DNA of 64,000 nucleotides from an uncultured Gemmatimonadales bacterium (GTDB lineage Bacteria; Gemmatimonadota; Gemmatimonadetes; JACCXV01; JAHWKZ01): NCBI GenBank assembly GCA_964619975.1, contig CAZUIY010000341.1, positions 1,393 to 65,392 of the forward strand, read 5' to 3'. Shown piece by piece: positions 61,837 to 64,000 of this stretch (position 1 is its first letter; each line of letters starts with the position of its first letter). The notes under the pieces were generated by a model. It saw only the letters and a program-made list of their open reading frames with translations, ran no database searches and was not told where the DNA came from. The position numbers and the translations under genes were made by a program.

Positions 61837-62927
61837 TGCCGTTCCCCGACTCGACGGTCTTGATCGACGACTTCAACCGGCCGAACGAGGGGCCGCCCGC
61901 GACGGGCTGGACCGCCACCGGCGGGGATGTCGGCCACACGGTCGTCGACGGCCAGCTCGCCGCCCATGCGACGCTCTGGGCGGGGTCGCGGTGGGCGCTG
62001 AAGGTCGCCGCGCCGCACGAATACTGGACCACTCCCGCCGTCGAGGGCGCGTCGGGCCACGACACCTACTACACCGCCGTCGACGACTCCGGCGACGGCT
62101 ACGAGATCGAGCTGCGCGCGGGCACCGACCGCTGGCAGCTCATCCGCAAGGACGCCGAGGCCGGAACGGTGCTCGGCTCGTCGGTCACCCAGGCATGGAC
62201 CTCCGGAGACCAGATCGGGTTCGGCTTCGACGGCGACGACGTCGTCGTCTACCAGAACGGCGTCGAGATATTCCGCCGCACCGACGGCAACCACCGCCCG
62301 GCCGAGTTCTGGTACCGGATCGTCAGCGAGCCGTCCTCGACCGCCCGCTACGACGACTTCGGCGGCCAGCCCGCCCCCGCCCCCGACCCGCCGGTGCCCG
62401 TCACCGGAGCCGCCACCGCGGTCGACCACGAGTCAGCGGTGCTCAACGGCACCGTCGACCCGAACGGCGCCGAGACCACCGCCGGCTTCCAGTACGGCCC
62501 GACCACTAGCTACGGCACCCTCGTCGCCGCGGCCGAGAGCCCACTGGTCGGCGACGGCGCGACGGCGATATCGAAGGCGATCGCGGGGCTGGCGCCCGAG
62601 ACGACCTACCACTTCCAGGCCGGCGCCTACCACACCGCCGACGGCATTGGGGCGATCGTGTGGGGCGACGATGAGACGTTCACGACGGCCGCCCTGACGA
62701 CGCTCTCGGCCCGCGCGCGCTGGCTCGATCGGGTGCGGCAGGGCGAGCTATCTGTGGGACTGCCGATCACGTACGCGCCCTCGGGACCCGCCGTCGAGGG
62801 CACGTCCGGAGACGCGCCGGGAATCGACCTGGCGGCGGAGATGGAGGCCGGCGACGGGCTGTTTATGACCGCCGACCCGCGCGCGCAGGCGTGGCTCGAC
62901 GCCTCCCCGCACGTCGTGAGGACGTGA
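61836..62927 (+). CDS. protein with N-terminal LamG/concanavalin-like jelly-roll and fibronectin type III domain
   Basis: FN3-like PVTGAATAVDHESAVLNGTVDPNGAETTAGFQYGPTTSYGT...LAPETTYHFQAGAY; N-terminal beta-rich domain. Confidence 0.5.
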   Translation: MPFPDSTVLIDDFNRPNEGPPATGWTATGGDVGHTVVDGQLAAHATLWAGSRWALKVAAPHEYWTTPAVEGASGHDTYYTAVDDSGDGYEIELRAGTDRWQLIRKDAEAGTVLGSSVTQAWTSGDQIGFGFDGDDVVVYQNGVEIFRRTDGNHRPAEFWYRIVSEPSSTARYDDFGGQPAPAPDPPVPVTGAATAVDHESAVLNGTVDPNGAETTAGFQYGPTTSYGTLVAAAESPLVGDGATAISKAIAGLAPETTYHFQAGAYHTADGIGAIVWGDDETFTTAALTTLSARARWLDRVRQGELSVGLPITYAPSGPAVEGTSGDAPGIDLAAEMEAGDGLFMTADPRAQAWLDASPHVVRT

Positions 62928-63112
62928 CCGCCGCCGGGAGACTAGCGGCGCTCGACGCGACGGACCCGATGCGGTCGTTTGACGACTGCGCTCGGCTGGC
63001 GGGAGTGGAACCCCCGATCCTTGAGCCGGGCGACCACGCGATCGACCTGCTGTACGACCTGGTGCTGTACTGGCCGGACGTGCCGCCCGAGCTACAGGAG
63101 GAACGACCATGA
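62924..63112 (+). CDS. small hypothetical protein
   Basis: 62 codons; GTGA overlap. Confidence 0.3.
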   Translation: MTAAGRLAALDATDPMRSFDDCARLAGVEPPILEPGDHAIDLLYDLVLYWPDVPPELQEERP

Positions 63113-63432
63113 CCGGAAGGCGACGCCCTGACGTGCCGCTGGGGGAGCTTCCCGACGACCCGCAGCCGGGGGACTACTGGCGGTATCTAACGCACGACGG
63201 GACGCGGCTCATGAACGTCCAGGAGGCGGGGAACCTGACTGGCGGCGTGTGGGGCTTCTCGGCACCGAACGGCGCGGGCATCGGCACGCTGACGAAGCAC
63301 ACGGTGCGCGAGCACGAAAACGGGACGGCGTCGATCCGGCCCGACGACGGATCCTCCAACTCCGTGCTGCTGACGGGCGGCGACCAGTCGTTCCACGGCT
63401 ACCTTGAGCGCGGGGAGTGGCGCGAGGCGTGA
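63109..63432 (+). CDS. hypothetical protein (terminase small subunit position)
   Basis: 107 aa immediately before the terminase large subunit; no diagnostic motif. Confidence 0.35.
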   Translation: MTGRRRPDVPLGELPDDPQPGDYWRYLTHDGTRLMNVQEAGNLTGGVWGFSAPNGAGIGTLTKHTVREHENGTASIRPDDGSSNSVLLTGGDQSFHGYLERGEWREA

Positions 63433-64000
63433 GCGTCGGCGCGGACGCCGGGATCAGGCCGGGCGACCTTCAGGGACTCAGCACCCGCCGCGCGCGCCGG
63501 CTGCTGAAGTGGCACTTCAAGGTCGCGGGGAACGACGACGGCCGGCCGTGGTGGCCGCTCGCGGTGCGCCGCCTCGACGTCGACCTGCGGCTGCGGATGG
63601 CCGAGGATGAGGCCACCTTCGCGCATTGGGTGGAGCTGGAGCGTCGCCGGGTGGAGGACCCCAACACGGGCGCCCTCTACTTCACGGAGTCGTACGGGCA
63701 CGTGCAGCCGGATCGGGCCGGGGCCGTGCCGATTCCGTTCGAGATGTGGCCGATGGTCGAGGCGGCTGCGGAGCGCGCGCTGGGGGCGCGCTGTCAGCGC
63801 GAGGTCATGGAGGCGTTCGTGCGCGAGCGGATCGTGGTCGTGCTCAAGGCGCGTCAGCTCGGCCTGACGTGGCTGGCGCTCCACTTCGCCCTGTGGCTGA
63901 TGTCGTACGCGCTGGACCTGCCGCGGGCGAAGGTGCTGGCCCTGTCGAAGCGCGAGGATGACGCTAACAAGCTGCTGCGCCGGCTGCGGAAGATCAACGA
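63429..64000 (+). CDS. terL: terminase large subunit, N-terminal ATPase part (partial, runs off window)
   Basis: Open frame to the window end with a Walker-A-variant region VVLKARQLGLTWLALHF (compare the terminase KSRQxGxT motif); GTG overlapping the upstream TGA. Confidence 0.55.
   Translation, partial: MSVGADAGIRPGDLQGLSTRRARRLLKWHFKVAGNDDGRPWWPLAVRRLDVDLRLRMAEDEATFAHWVELERRRVEDPNTGALYFTESYGHVQPDRAGAVPIPFEMWPMVEAAAERALGARCQREVMEAFVRERIVVVLKARQLGLTWLALHFALWLMSYALDLPRAKVLALSKREDDANKLLRRLRKIN

Noticed and set aside
1-64000. tRNA genes, attachment sites, integrase, CRISPR arrays
   Set aside because: No cloverleaf-compatible segments, tyrosine or serine recombinase motifs, or regularly spaced repeats were recognised. 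Absence cannot be proven without tRNAscan or HMM searches.

Overview
High-GC (about 70%) double-stranded DNA, almost entirely + strand, with tightly packed and often 1-4 nt overlapping genes: this is a tailed-phage (siphovirus-like) genome or prophage of an actinobacterial-type host (AGGAGG ribosome-binding sites, TTGCGN/TANNNT promoters, an actinobacterial IHF-like gene). Order along the window: 1-15.8 kb is the tail and lysis module (major tail protein, chaperone pair, 1903-aa tape measure, two minor tail proteins, membrane proteins, amidase endolysin); 15.9-27.4 kb is a recombination, repair and DNA-modification module (RecT, Cas4-like exonuclease, HNH, Dam methylase, RusA, Ku-like, UDG-like); 27.4-61.4 kb is a long early region of about 90 mostly small ORFs; 61.4-64 kb holds an HNH endonuclease, a LamG/FN3 protein and the start of the terminase large subunit, so the genome appears circularly permuted in this window. 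No integrase, repressor, tRNA, CRISPR array or DNA polymerase was recognised. The most striking feature is a family of about 20 near-identical sigma70-like promoters (-35 TTGCGN, 17-18 bp spacer, -10 TAGCCT-like, then 7 nt) that all run into a conserved initial transcribed sequence CGTACCCGATC, followed by an SD and a start codon. These sit in front of successive short operons from 15.9 to 60.1 kb, one embedded inside a coding region and one present as a reverse copy. Other notable items: a C5 cytosine methyltransferase locus whose conserved motifs are split across two reading frames; a protein made of tandem zinc-ribbon units with a frame break; a phage Ku homolog; an ECF-sigma-like/HEARO/FtsK-gamma fusion protein; a membrane-anchored endolysin with a polycationic tail; low-GC islands; and a cluster of nucleotide hydrolases (HAD, HD, MazG-like, DUF4326). 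All calls rest on reading the sequence and on motif knowledge; no database search was possible. Hand-derived coordinates may be off by 1-2 nt.
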